A DNA stretch of 64,000 bases from positions 64,001 to 128,000 of the forward strand of contig CAVPCQ010000017.1 of the NCBI GenBank assembly GCA_963702425.1. Direction: 5' to 3'. A program made the position numbers and the translations under genes. Source of the DNA: an uncultured Acidobacteriota bacterium. GTDB taxonomy: Bacteria; Acidobacteriota; Polarisedimenticolia; J045. Under the pieces are notes generated by a model. The model worked only from the letters and a program-made list of their open reading frames with translations, did no database searches and had not been told where the DNA came from. Position 1 is the stretch's first letter, and every line of letters starts with the position of its first letter. Positions 8,511 to 18,370 of this stretch are shown in pieces.

Positions 8511-8699
8511 TTCGCTCTGGATGCCCTCCGCTGTCCGCGCTGCTCGTCCCGCATGAAGATCCTGGCCCAGATCCACCCGCCCGACACGACCCGCGCGATT
8601 CTCGACTGCCTCGGGCTGGCCTCTCGCGCCCCGCCCCGCGCGCCGGCCCGCGCCGAGCCCGACCCGCTCCCCTTTCCCGGCCTCGCCGCGGCGGACTGA
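8511..8699 (+). pseudogene. IS91/ISCR transposase C-terminal tail right of LSR insertion
   Basis: FALDALRCPRCSSRMKILAQIHPP...* continues RYLSWAELLRRV in frame once the element is removed. Confidence 0.85.
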
Positions 8700-8916
8700 A
8701 CTCCTGCACGAACGCCCCGGCCCACGCGGGTCCTGACCACCCGAAGGGCCGCACTCCGCCTCCACGGCGGCCCTCCGCGCGTCCCATGCGGGCCCGAGCG
8801 CCGCGACGCGCGGCGCCCGAACGCGGCCCGCCCCCGCGGCCTGCCGCTCCCCCATCCCGCAGGTCCGCGGCTAAGCGCTCCGCCTCAGAATCCGCGGCTT
8901 GAATCGCTTATCCTCT
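8700..8916 (+). repeat. IS91/ISCR 3' end module with oriIS-like terminus (copy 2)
   Basis: Ends CCGCCTCAGAATCCGCGGCTTGAATCGCTTATCCTCT. Confidence 0.75.
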
Positions 8917-9657
8917 CCGCTTTTCCGCCGGCTGCACCTCGCCAATGCACCGCGCGTGTGGCGGGAGCTGGCTGATCGCGCCGAACGCGAACAGTGGTCG
9001 TACCACGACTTCCTCAGCGCGCTCATCACCGGCGAGATTGCACACCGGCAGCAGACCCGCGTCCAACGCCTCGTCCGGCGTGCGCGCTTTCCGTATCTCA
9101 AGACGATCGACGACTTCGACTTCTCTCGGCAGACGGCGCTGCGCCCCAACCAACTGGGCTCATTTCTCTCGCCGGAGTTTGTTTCAGACGGCCGCTCCTT
9201 GGTCCTGCGCGGCAGGTCCGGCCGCGGCAAGACCCACCTGGCGATTGCAATCGCATACAAGGCAATCCAGAACGGCTTCGATGCGTACTTCGTGACCGCC
9301 GCCTCGCTGATCGACGATCTCTCCCGCGCCTCTGATGAGAAGCGGCTTGAGGCGGCTCTGCCGACCTACACGCACCCCGCTGTACTCGTCGTGGATGAAC
9401 TCGGCTACCTGACCTACTCCAACGACGCCGCCAATGTGCTGTACCACGTCGTCAACAACCGCTACCTGAAGCACCGCTCCATGATCTTCACGACGAACAA
9501 GCCCCTCGACGCATGGGGCGCCGTACTCCACGACAACGACCTCGCCACCGCGATCCTCGACCGGGTCCTCGAGCGGGGCCGGGCCCTCGTCCTGGACGGT
9601 CCATCTCACCGGACCATGCACCTCGGCCTTGACGACCCGACGGCCCCTGTGGCATAA
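8917..9657 (+). pseudogene. istB: IS21 helper ATPase, 5'-clipped by the oriIS end
   Basis: RARFPYLKTIDDFDF, GRSGRGKT Walker A, LVVDELGY, AILDRVL; no istA upstream. Confidence 0.85.
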
Positions 9658-9711
9658 AACGAACCGGCAGGACTTACTGGAAATAACCGGCAAGAGTTTC
9701 CGGAACCCACA
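9658..9711 (+). mobile_element. IS21 right end with subterminal repeats
   Basis: AACCGGCA repeated, ends ...TTTCCGGAACCCACA. Confidence 0.65.
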
Positions 9712-9945
9712 CTCGTCTCACCGGCGAGCGACCCGGGCACCCAGAGCGATCGCTGCTCGTCTCGCTCACCTCGCTCCGGGTACATGATTGCGCGTCGGCG
9801 TAGACGCCGTCCGCGACGAGTTTGACGCCGCCCTCGCGCCGCACACAGCGTCCGGGAGCATGAGTGACGTCTACTGGTCCTGCTGTTGAGCCTTGATGAA
9901 GGGCGGTCTCGAAACGAGACTCAATCCGCCCAGGGAGAGTCGTTC

Positions 9946-11052
9946 ATGCGTCGTGTTGCATGTGTCGCCGCTGCCGTTGTCTGCTGCCTCTTCTCATTCG
10001 CCCCGGCCAGGGCGGATAGGACGGTCTTCTTCGCGGACTGCCAGGTTGCTACGCCGGTGGATTCCGGTATCACGTCCGACACCATCAGCAGCAACGGCTA
10101 CATCTTCACCTACACGCGCGACAAGTTGTTCACGGGCGGGACAGGGCAGCCGATCGGCCGCGCGGTCCGCGTGCCGTGGCCGGACGGCGTCGAAGCGCAG
10201 GCCGTGACGACGCCACCGCCGGGCGTGTTCGACTACAAGGCACGAATCACGCTCCAGCGGGTCGATGGGGGACTGTTCGACCTGCCGGCATTCACGGCCA
10301 AGCTGCTCGGCAACACGGCAGCGACCGGCGCGGCGATCGAGATCATGCCGCTCCTGAACGGAGAGGACGCTTTCGCCGATCCTCTGTACTTTGACGCTTC
10401 TGGGTACTATGGCCAGGACTTCTCTTACGACACGTCACCGAACCCGATGGGCAGTACCGCTCTGCTGGTCGGGTTCGACACGTACAAGATCAACCTGTTC
10501 GTTGATTTCGCACTGGTGGCTCTCACCCTCGACAGCACCGCGCCGGCCGAACAGTCCTGTTGCCTGGCCGGCCTCTCGTGCGCGGAGCTGAAAGCGGAGG
10601 CTTGCCTGCTGCAGGGAGGAACGCCGCTGGGCGCCGGAACGAGTTGTTCCTGCAACCCCTGCCTGGCGCCCACCGGTCCGCCTCCGGCCCCCGACGGCCG
10701 CGGCGCCACCGCGCCGCTGCGCGCCGCGAACCTGGCGACGACGGGTGACTCGATGCAGGTGACCTGGGACGCGTCTTCGTGCCCGGCAACCGACTACAAC
10801 CTGGTCCACGGGGACCTGGCCCAGGTCGCCGGCTACTCGCTGGGCGGCGCCGTGTGCTCGATCGGAACGACCGGCAGTTTCGACTGGATCGGTGTGCCGG
10901 CGGGGAACCTCTACTTCCTGGTCGTCGGCACCGACGGCGCGGGAACGGAGAGCAGCTGGGGTCTCGATTCAGCGAATCAGGAGCGCAACGGGCCCGTTCC
11001 GTCGGGCGCGTGCGGGGTGACGGTCAAGGACGTCTCCGCAACCTGTCCCTGA
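9946..11052 (+). CDS. Secreted protein with Cys-rich linker and conserved C-terminal domain
   Basis: Signal peptide ending APARA; C-terminal YFLVV...ESSWGLDS...CP. Confidence 0.8.
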   Translation: MRRVACVAAAVVCCLFSFAPARADRTVFFADCQVATPVDSGITSDTISSNGYIFTYTRDKLFTGGTGQPIGRAVRVPWPDGVEAQAVTTPPPGVFDYKARITLQRVDGGLFDLPAFTAKLLGNTAATGAAIEIMPLLNGEDAFADPLYFDASGYYGQDFSYDTSPNPMGSTALLVGFDTYKINLFVDFALVALTLDSTAPAEQSCCLAGLSCAELKAEACLLQGGTPLGAGTSCSCNPCLAPTGPPPAPDGRGATAPLRAANLATTGDSMQVTWDASSCPATDYNLVHGDLAQVAGYSLGGAVCSIGTTGSFDWIGVPAGNLYFLVVGTDGAGTESSWGLDSANQERNGPVPSGACGVTVKDVSATCP

Positions 11053-11179
11053 TGCAGCGGCCGGTACCTTCAGGCGGCGACCAGGTCGGACGCGCCGATC
11101 GTGTTGGTCCAGGTCGCCGTTTTCCGTCCCCCGCAGTCGGTCCCGGACGCTTCCGGACGCGGCGCTCATGCGCCCCGCC

Positions 11180-12265
11180 TCAGTACCGATCGTCGTCTCC
11201 TGTCGGCGCCATCGGCAGCACGGGCCAGGTGGTTGCGTTGATCGTGGTGCCGCCGTGCGAGAAGGCCCCGGCACCCCGCACGAAGTCCGCCGGGAAGTTG
11301 AGCGCCGGCGCCGAGACCTCGTCCAGCGCGGCCCGCTGCTCCGGAGCCAGCACCAGGTCCAGCGCCGCGAGGTTCTCGTCGAGCTGGGCCAGCGTCCGCG
11401 CGCCGAGGATGGTCGACGCCACGCCCGGGCGTCCCTGCACCCACGCCAGCGCGACCTGCGCCGGGGTCGCCCCGAGCTCCGCGGCGACGCGTGTCACGAC
11501 GTCGAGCACCGAGAAGGCCCGCTCGTCGAGCGACGACACGACCCAGTCGCCGCGCCCCGGCGTCGCCTTCTGGACGCTCTCGCGCGTGTGCTTGCCGGTC
11601 AGCACGCCGTAGCGCAGCGGCGACCAGGGCGTCACGCCGAGCCCCAGCTCGAGCGCCATCGGGACCAGTTCCCCTTCGATCGTCCGCTCCAGCAGCGAGT
11701 ACTCGACCTGCAGCGCGATCACCGGCGACCACGAGCGGAAGTGCGCCGTGACCTGGGCCTGGGCGACCTTCCAGGCCGGCGTGTCGGAGAAGCCGACGTA
11801 GCGCACCTTGCCCGCCGCCACCAGGTCGTCGAGCACGCGCATCGTCTCCTCGATCGGGGTGATCGGGTCCCAGCAGTGCATCCAGTAGAGGTCGATGTAG
11901 TCGGTGTGGAGGCGCCGCAGCGAGTCCTCGCACGCGGCGACGATCGCCTTGCGGCTCGTGCCGCCGGCGTTCGGGTCGCCCGGGAAGAGGCTGGAGAAGA
12001 ACTTGGTCGCCAGGACGACGCGCCGGCGCTTGCCGGGGTGGCGCCCGAGGTGCTCGCCGAGGATCGCCTCGGAGTGACCCTTGGTGTAGAAGTTCGCGGT
12101 GTCGATGAAGTTGCCGCCCGCGTCGAGGTAACGGTCGATGATCGCCTTGGATTCGGTGGCGCTGGCGCCCCAGCCCCAGTCCTCGCCGAAGGTCATCGCA
12201 CCCAGGCAGAACGGGCTGACGGCGAGACCGGAGCGCCCGAGGGTCACGTAGTGGTTCAGCGGCAT
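11180..12265 (-). CDS. Aldo/keto reductase
   Basis: LGRSGL.VS.FCLGAMTFG, FIDTANFY, LATK, DYIDLY, GKVRYVGFS. Confidence 0.95.
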   Translation of the reverse strand: MPLNHYVTLGRSGLAVSPFCLGAMTFGEDWGWGASATESKAIIDRYLDAGGNFIDTANFYTKGHSEAILGEHLGRHPGKRRRVVLATKFFSSLFPGDPNAGGTSRKAIVAACEDSLRRLHTDYIDLYWMHCWDPITPIEETMRVLDDLVAAGKVRYVGFSDTPAWKVAQAQVTAHFRSWSPVIALQVEYSLLERTIEGELVPMALELGLGVTPWSPLRYGVLTGKHTRESVQKATPGRGDWVVSSLDERAFSVLDVVTRVAAELGATPAQVALAWVQGRPGVASTILGARTLAQLDENLAALDLVLAPEQRAALDEVSAPALNFPADFVRGAGAFSHGGTTINATTWPVLPMAPTGDDDRY

Positions 12266-12354
12266 GGGTCTCCCTCCGGGAACCGGGACAGTCTACGCCG
12301 CGTGGCGAAGGGGGCAATCGTGGGGCACGATCGGTCGCGGGAGGCTCGCCGAGC

Positions 12355-12720
12355 ATGAGGAAGGCCAGGAGCGTCGAGGAGTACCTCTCGCGGCAGGCAC
12401 CCGAAGCGCGCGCGGCGCTGGAGCAGCTCCGCGCGACGATCCGCGCGGCGCTGCCGGAGGCGACCGAGGGGATCGCGTGGGGGATGTGCGCGTTCAAGCT
12501 GGGCGGGAAGACCACGCTCTGCTACGCCGCGTTCAAGGCGCACTACAGCCTGTTCCCGATGTCGGCCGAGGTGATCTCGGACCACGCGGAGGAGCTGGGC
12601 GAGCGCGCCGCGAGCAAGGGTACGATCCGCTTCGCGAACGGCGAGCGGCTGCCCGTGCGCCTCGTCAGGAAGATCGTGAAGGCGCGCGTCGCGGAGGTCG
12701 AGGCGAAGCGGAAGCGGTGA
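12355..12720 (+). CDS. DUF1801/YdhG-like protein
   Basis: SVEEYL...LEQLRATIRAALPEATEGIAWGM...SKGTIRF; GGAGG RBS. Confidence 0.85.
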   Translation: MRKARSVEEYLSRQAPEARAALEQLRATIRAALPEATEGIAWGMCAFKLGGKTTLCYAAFKAHYSLFPMSAEVISDHAEELGERAASKGTIRFANGERLPVRLVRKIVKARVAEVEAKRKR

Positions 12721-12788
12721 TCTCGCCGGGACCGGCGCGGCGCTCCAGCCGTCGCTCCGGGCCGGCCGCCGCGCCAGCGTGGCCGTGG

Positions 12789-14426
12789 CTACGGGCAGTT
12801 GGTCGGGTCGACGAATGACTGGCAGGAGACGACCGGCGCCGGTCGCGGTGCTCCGGTCGAGTCGCTGCCGCAGTTCCCCTCGGTGGTCCCGTGCAGCGGC
12901 GCGACGAGGAAGTAGCGCGCCCCCGACGCGGGCGTCAGCGTCGCCTCGAGCACGCCGCCCGTCGTGCAGGCGACGGGCCGATGGCTCTGCCACGCCCCCA
13001 TCGTCCCCTCGTAGACGGCGAAGTCGCTCGCCGTGCCGCAGGCCGGGTCCCAGCGCAGGTCGAGCCCGGTTCCGCCCGCGTTCCGCACGACGCGCAGCCC
13101 GCCGACGCCGCCGGGGAAGGGCGGGTCGCCCGTCGCGCTCTGCGTGTAGTGGAACAGGACGAAGGGCGACTCCCCGACGACCGCGATCGTGCCGGTCGGC
13201 CCGCGGCGGACGCCGAGCCCGCGGACGGCTGCGTCGGTATAGGTGACCCAGTCCTCGTTCCCGGCCGCGGAGTACCGCACGGTGACGGTCTTGAGATAGC
13301 TCAGCTCGCCCGAGGTCGGGCCCGGGCCGCCCTGTCCCGTGACGTAGATCTCGTTCTCGGGACCGATCGTGACGAAGTAGGGGAACTCGTCGTTGTAGTT
13401 GTGGCGGTCGTAGACCTTCGACCAGAGCTGGGCGCCGCCGGAGTCGAGCTTGTAGGTCAGCCAGTTGGTGTAGATGCCGGTGTAGCCCGTGACGATGACG
13501 TTGCCGGCGGCGTCGACCGCGACGCGCCGCGCCGAATATCCCGGATACATCTTCGACCAGGCGATGTTCCCCGTCGGGCCGTACTTGACGACGTAGAACT
13601 GGTTCGAGGTCTGCTGGGTGTAGGTGCCGCCGACGACGTACGCTTCGCCGCCCGGCCCCAGGGCGATGTCGGCTCCGCTCGTCGACGCGGCCACGCGGGA
13701 GGACCACAGCAGGTTCCCCGCGGGGTCGTACTCGCCGGTGACGAACCAGCCGTTCGCACCGCCCGAGACGAGGACGTTCCCGTTCGGCCGGATCGCGAGC
13801 GCGCTCGGCCGATCGGCCGACAGGGCGTCGTACCCGAGGGCGCGGGTCCACGCCCGCTGGCCGCTCGCGGTGTACTTGACCGTGATCATGTCGTCGGTGC
13901 CGGACCAGGCCCGCGCGATGACGTAGGCGTTCCCCTGGGCATCGACTTCGACGCGATACGCGCGGCCGCGCGTGGCGGGGACGATGTCGCTCCAGAGCAC
14001 GGTGCCGTCGGCGTCGTAGCGGATCGTGACGTAGCCGGTGGTGCTCGAGTCCGAGAAGTCGCCGGAGACGGTGTAGCCGGTCACGACGGCGCCCCCGGCG
14101 GGGTGCACGGCGACCCACGCGCCCTGCTCGCGCGTCCCCGGGTTGTCGAACTCGCGCTGCCACAGCTGGTGGCCGAGCTGGTCGTACTTGGCGGTGACGA
14201 TCGTGGCGAAGGGGTACGAGCCGGTGACGTAGAGGAAGCCGGCGTCGTCGACCGCGACCATCGCACCGTAGAGACTGGAGGATCCCCACTGCGACACGGT
14301 GGCGGACCAGTCCTGCGACACCGAAGCGACGGCGAGCGCGGCGGGCCATGGAGCCAGCGCGATCGCGAGGGCCAGGAGGATCCGATTCCGGCAGGCTGCA
14401 GATCGGCGATGACGATGGCTGGACAC
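12789..14426 (-). CDS. Secreted SBBP-like beta-propeller protein with conserved C-terminal domain
   Basis: Signal peptide; repeated VAVDxxGNxYVTG...TVKYxxxGxxxW units. Confidence 0.85.
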   Translation of the reverse strand: MSSHRHRRSAACRNRILLALAIALAPWPAALAVASVSQDWSATVSQWGSSSLYGAMVAVDDAGFLYVTGSYPFATIVTAKYDQLGHQLWQREFDNPGTREQGAWVAVHPAGGAVVTGYTVSGDFSDSSTTGYVTIRYDADGTVLWSDIVPATRGRAYRVEVDAQGNAYVIARAWSGTDDMITVKYTASGQRAWTRALGYDALSADRPSALAIRPNGNVLVSGGANGWFVTGEYDPAGNLLWSSRVAASTSGADIALGPGGEAYVVGGTYTQQTSNQFYVVKYGPTGNIAWSKMYPGYSARRVAVDAAGNVIVTGYTGIYTNWLTYKLDSGGAQLWSKVYDRHNYNDEFPYFVTIGPENEIYVTGQGGPGPTSGELSYLKTVTVRYSAAGNEDWVTYTDAAVRGLGVRRGPTGTIAVVGESPFVLFHYTQSATGDPPFPGGVGGLRVVRNAGGTGLDLRWDPACGTASDFAVYEGTMGAWQSHRPVACTTGGVLEATLTPASGARYFLVAPLHGTTEGNCGSDSTGAPRPAPVVSCQSFVDPTNCP

Positions 14427-14536
14427 GGCTCGTTCCCTCCCCGGGGCTGACAGCTTACGGCGGATACCGCGCTCCGCGCAGGATGGTGTGTGACGCCGGT
14501 CGCACGCGAGCTTACGGACTCGTTAGCATGCGGGTC

Positions 14537-14978
14537 GACGCGGCGGTGCTGGAAGGCCCCCGATCGGCAGCGGCTCGAGCGGCTTTGCCGTTACGTCGCC
14601 CGACCGCCCCTCGCCAGCGAGCGGCTCTCCCGGCTCGAGGACGGCCGCCTGCTCTACCGGCTCAAGCGCCGCTGGCGCGACGGCACGACGGCGCTCGTCT
14701 TCGAGCCGCTCGAATTGATCGAGCGGCTCGCCGCGCTGGTGCCGCCGCCGCGCCGGCACCTCGTCCGCTACCACGGGGTCCTCGCCCCCGCCTCCGCGCT
14801 GCGCCCGTGGATCGTGCCCCATCCGCCCACCGAGGACGGGATCCCCGCCGACGACGTCACATCCAAGCCGGCACCTCCGGCACCTGGCCTCACGTCGCCG
14901 GGTGCGCGGCCTCCCGGCGCACGGTCTCCCGACCCCCGCGGCCGCTACCTCTCCTGGGCCGAGTTACTGCGCCGAGTG
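14537..14978 (+). pseudogene. IS91/ISCR-type (single-Tyr) transposase fragment, 5'-truncated
   Basis: DRQRLERLCRYVARPPLASERL...LKRRWRDGTT...LAALVPPPRRHLVRYHGVLAP...RYLSWAELLRRV. Confidence 0.9.
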
Positions 14979-15027
14979 TTGGACCGACCACCCGACTGCA
15001 CCCGGTACCCGCGATGCGGTGCGTCGG

Positions 15028-15312
15028 ATGCGGATCACGCATCCGTTCCACCCGCTGCGGGGGCGGGAGTTCGTCGTGCTGGACGAGCGCCGCAACCGCC
15101 ACGGCGAGCGGGTCTGGTACCGCGCTGAGGACGGCTCGGCGCGGACGGTCCCGCGGGGCTGGACGAGCCTGGGGGAGGCCGATCTCTTCGCGACGATTTC
15201 GGCCGGGCGGGCCTGGTTTCGGTGGGACGACCTGCGGCGGCTGGTGGCGTTGATCGGGGAGCTGCGGGAGGGGCTGGGCCCGGGGGACGCGGGGGGAGGG
15301 GGTGTCAAGTGA
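15028..15312 (+). CDS. DUF5372/Y4bD-like protein, copy 2
   Basis: Same as 5197-5481. Confidence 0.7.
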   Translation: MRITHPFHPLRGREFVVLDERRNRHGERVWYRAEDGSARTVPRGWTSLGEADLFATISAGRAWFRWDDLRRLVALIGELREGLGPGDAGGGGVK

Positions 15313-15488
15313 ATTTCGTCCATATTGTCTGGAGTATTATGCTCGTAGCGGTCGGGGGCGCCGCAGCCGATCGGGCCTTGATCAGCCGAATGCCGCGCAT
15401 CAGAGCGATAATGGCACAAGGCCCATGGACACGGTCTTTGATGTGTGCATAATGGTCCTGACACACGGCGACGACCCAGGAGGAGACC

Positions 15489-15953
15489 ATGGCCGCACCG
15501 AGCGACGACTCCAAGCGCCGCGAGCTGGCCCGCCGCGGGGCGCTGCACCCCCACGCCGCGCAGGTCACGGACCCGCTCTTCGCGCGCGAGCCGTTCTTCG
15601 ACCGCCGCGACGCGGTGCAGGTCAAGTACGAGATGCTGCGCAGCGTGCGGGCCGAGGGCCGTCCGGTGAGCCAGGCGGCGGCGCAGTTCGGCTTCTCGCG
15701 CCCGACCTTCTACGAGGCGCGAGCGGCCTTCGAGCGCGCCGGTCTGCCGGGTTTGCTGCCGGCGAAGAAAGGGCCGAAGCGCGCGCACAAGCTCTCGGCG
15801 GAGGTCCTGGCCTTCATCGACCGGCAGCTCGACGCCCGGCCGGCGCCGACCATGGAGGCACTCAGCGCGCGGATCCACGAGCACTTCGGCCGGTCGGTCC
15901 ATCCCCGCAGCATCCGGCGCGCCCTGCTGCGCCGCACAAAAAAAAACCCGTAG
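15489..15953 (+). CDS. HTH protein, copy 2
   Basis: Identical protein to 5659-6123; A9 run at 15938-15946. Confidence 0.85.
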   Translation: MAAPSDDSKRRELARRGALHPHAAQVTDPLFAREPFFDRRDAVQVKYEMLRSVRAEGRPVSQAAAQFGFSRPTFYEARAAFERAGLPGLLPAKKGPKRAHKLSAEVLAFIDRQLDARPAPTMEALSARIHEHFGRSVHPRSIRRALLRRTKKNP

Positions 15954-18370
15954 ACCCGCGCCCACCGACGTCCGGTCTCGCCGCGCACTACGAGCGGCTG
16001 CGGGAGGGTGTGCTCGGCGGCGACCGCCGGCCGTCGATCGGCGAGACGATCGTCCGTGGCCAGGGACTGTGGGCCTTCATCGCGCTCGCCGCGGCCGAGG
16101 CGCCGAGCGGCACGCCACCGCGCGTGGTCACGGGATCGAGCGGCGCTCTGCCGGCACCGGCGGTGGCCGAGCGGGGCGCGCTGCTCGCGGCGTGGGCCGA
16201 GCTCGTCGTCGCCGTCGTGCAGCGCCCGGAGGTCTCATGACCGAGGCCACGCCACAGAAGGTCGCCGCGACCCACCTGGCGCGCCAGGCCTTCCTCTACG
16301 TCCGCCAGTCGACGCTGCGCCAGGTGGTCGAGAATCCGGAGAGCACGCGCCGGCAGTACGCGCTGCGCGAGCGGGCCAGCGCGCTGGGCTGGCGGGCCGA
16401 GCAGATCGTCGTGATCGACTGCGATCTCGGTCGTTCGGGCGCGACGGCCGAGCGCGAGGGCTTCCAGCGGCTGGTCGCCGAGGTCGGGATGGGGCGGGCC
16501 GGGATCGTGCTCGGTCTCGAGGTTTCCCGCCTGGCCCGCAACTCCACCGACTGGCACCGCCTGCTCGAGATCTGCGCGCTGACCGAGACGCTGATCCTCG
16601 ACGAGGACGGCCTGTACGATCCGACGCAGTACAACGACCGTTTGCTGCTCGGCTTGAAGGGCACGCTCTCGGAGGCCGAGCTGCACCTGCTGCGCGCGCG
16701 GATGCGCGGGGGTCTGCTGGCCAAGGCCCGCCGCGGCGAGCTGGGCCTCGGTCTGCCGGTCGGCCTGGTCTATGACGAGCTGGGGCGCGTCGTGCTGCAT
16801 CCCGACGCGCAGGTGCGCGAGACCCTGGCGCTGTTCTTCCGCACCTTTCAGCGCACCGGGGCGGCTTGTGCGACGGTCAAGTATTTCTCGACGGAGCAGA
16901 TCCCTTTCCCCGCGCCGACCCGCCCGGGGAGTCGCTCGGCGCAGGTCGTGTGGGGTCGGCTCAACCTCACGCGGGCCGTCAGCCTGCTGCACAACCCGCG
17001 CTACGCCGGGGCCTTCGCCTACGGCCGGCGCCGCGCGCGGCGGCAGCCCGACGGCCGCTTCCAGACCACGCGGGTACCGCGCGACCAATGGCTCGTGCTG
17101 CGCCTCGAGGCGCACCCGGGCTACATCGCGTGGGACGAGTTCGAGCGCAACCAGGAGCGGCTCGCGGCCTCGGCCCGGGCCTACGGGCTCGACCGCCGCG
17201 ACGGTCCGCCGCGCGAAGGCCCGGCGCTGCTCCAGGGGCGCGTGCTCTGCGGCCGCTGCGGCGCGCGGATGACGGTCCGCTACCATCAGCGACGCGGCCA
17301 ACTCGTGCCGGACTACGTCTGCTGTCTCCGGACGCTGCAACACCGCGACCCGCCGTGCCAGGTCCTGCCCGGCGGCGCGGTCGACCGCGCGATCGGGCGT
17401 CTGATCGTCACGACGCTGACGCCCTTCGCCCTCGAGCTGACGCTCGCCGTCCAGGCCGAGCTCGAAACCCGCCTCGACGAGGCCGACCGGCTGCGCGGCC
17501 AGCAGATCGAGCGCGCCCTGCACGAGGCCGAGCTGGCCCGCCGCCGCTACCTGCAGGTCGATCCGACGCATCGTCTCGTCGCCGCCTCGCTCGAGGCCGA
17601 CTGGAATGACCGCCTGCGCGCGGTCGCCGAGACGCGCGAGCGCGTCGAGCACCAGCGCGACGCCGACCGCGGCGCTTTCGACGAGCAGACCCGGCAGCGG
17701 ATCCGCGACCTCGCCGCCGACGTCCCGGCCGTCTGGGACGATCCCGCCACACCGCCGCGCGAGCGCAAGCGGATCCTCGGTCTGCTGCTCGCGGACGTCA
17801 CGCTGGCCCGGCAGGACGACGAGATCACGCTCGCGGTCCGCTTCCGCGGCGGCGCCACGACGACGCTTCGCGTCCCGCTCCGGATCGGTCCCTGGCGCGG
17901 GCGCAAGACCCATCCCCAGGTCGTCGCACGGGCCGCGACGCTGCTCGCCTCCCACACCGCCGGCGAGGTCGCCGCGCGACTCAACGCGGAGGGCTTCACC
18001 TCCGGGGCCGGCCTCCCTTTCAAGCCGGACACCGTCGAATGGATGGGCCGGCACTACGTGGCAGTTCCGGCGATCGTGATCACCCGATCCGGGATCGTGA
18101 TCACTGATTCCGCTGATGGTGATCACGCGTCGGAGCGAAGCGACGGTCGGTTCGTTCTAGTTTCGCCTCCTGTCAAGCCTCGGCAGATTCTAACGCGGGA
18201 TCCCGATCGGTTGAAGGCTGGGTGGCAGCAGGGCCTGTGGGGCCTGTGGGCGGCGCGGCCGTTCGCGCCGTCCAAGGGGCGGTGGGAAACGCGACGTCAT
18301 GCGTTTTCCACGGACCCGCCAGGATCCATAGGCCGTCGCGCGTCAGCGCGAGTTCGGAGCGCAGCGACGA

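Larger units (their letters stand above)
5148..8512 (+). mobile_element. LSR-based site-specific mobile element, copy 1 (intact), attL core TT 5148-5149, attR core TT 8511-8512
   Basis: Interrupts transposase at RRV|F; ends rebuild an inverted-repeat attP; near-identical copy at 14979-21184. Confidence 0.9.
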
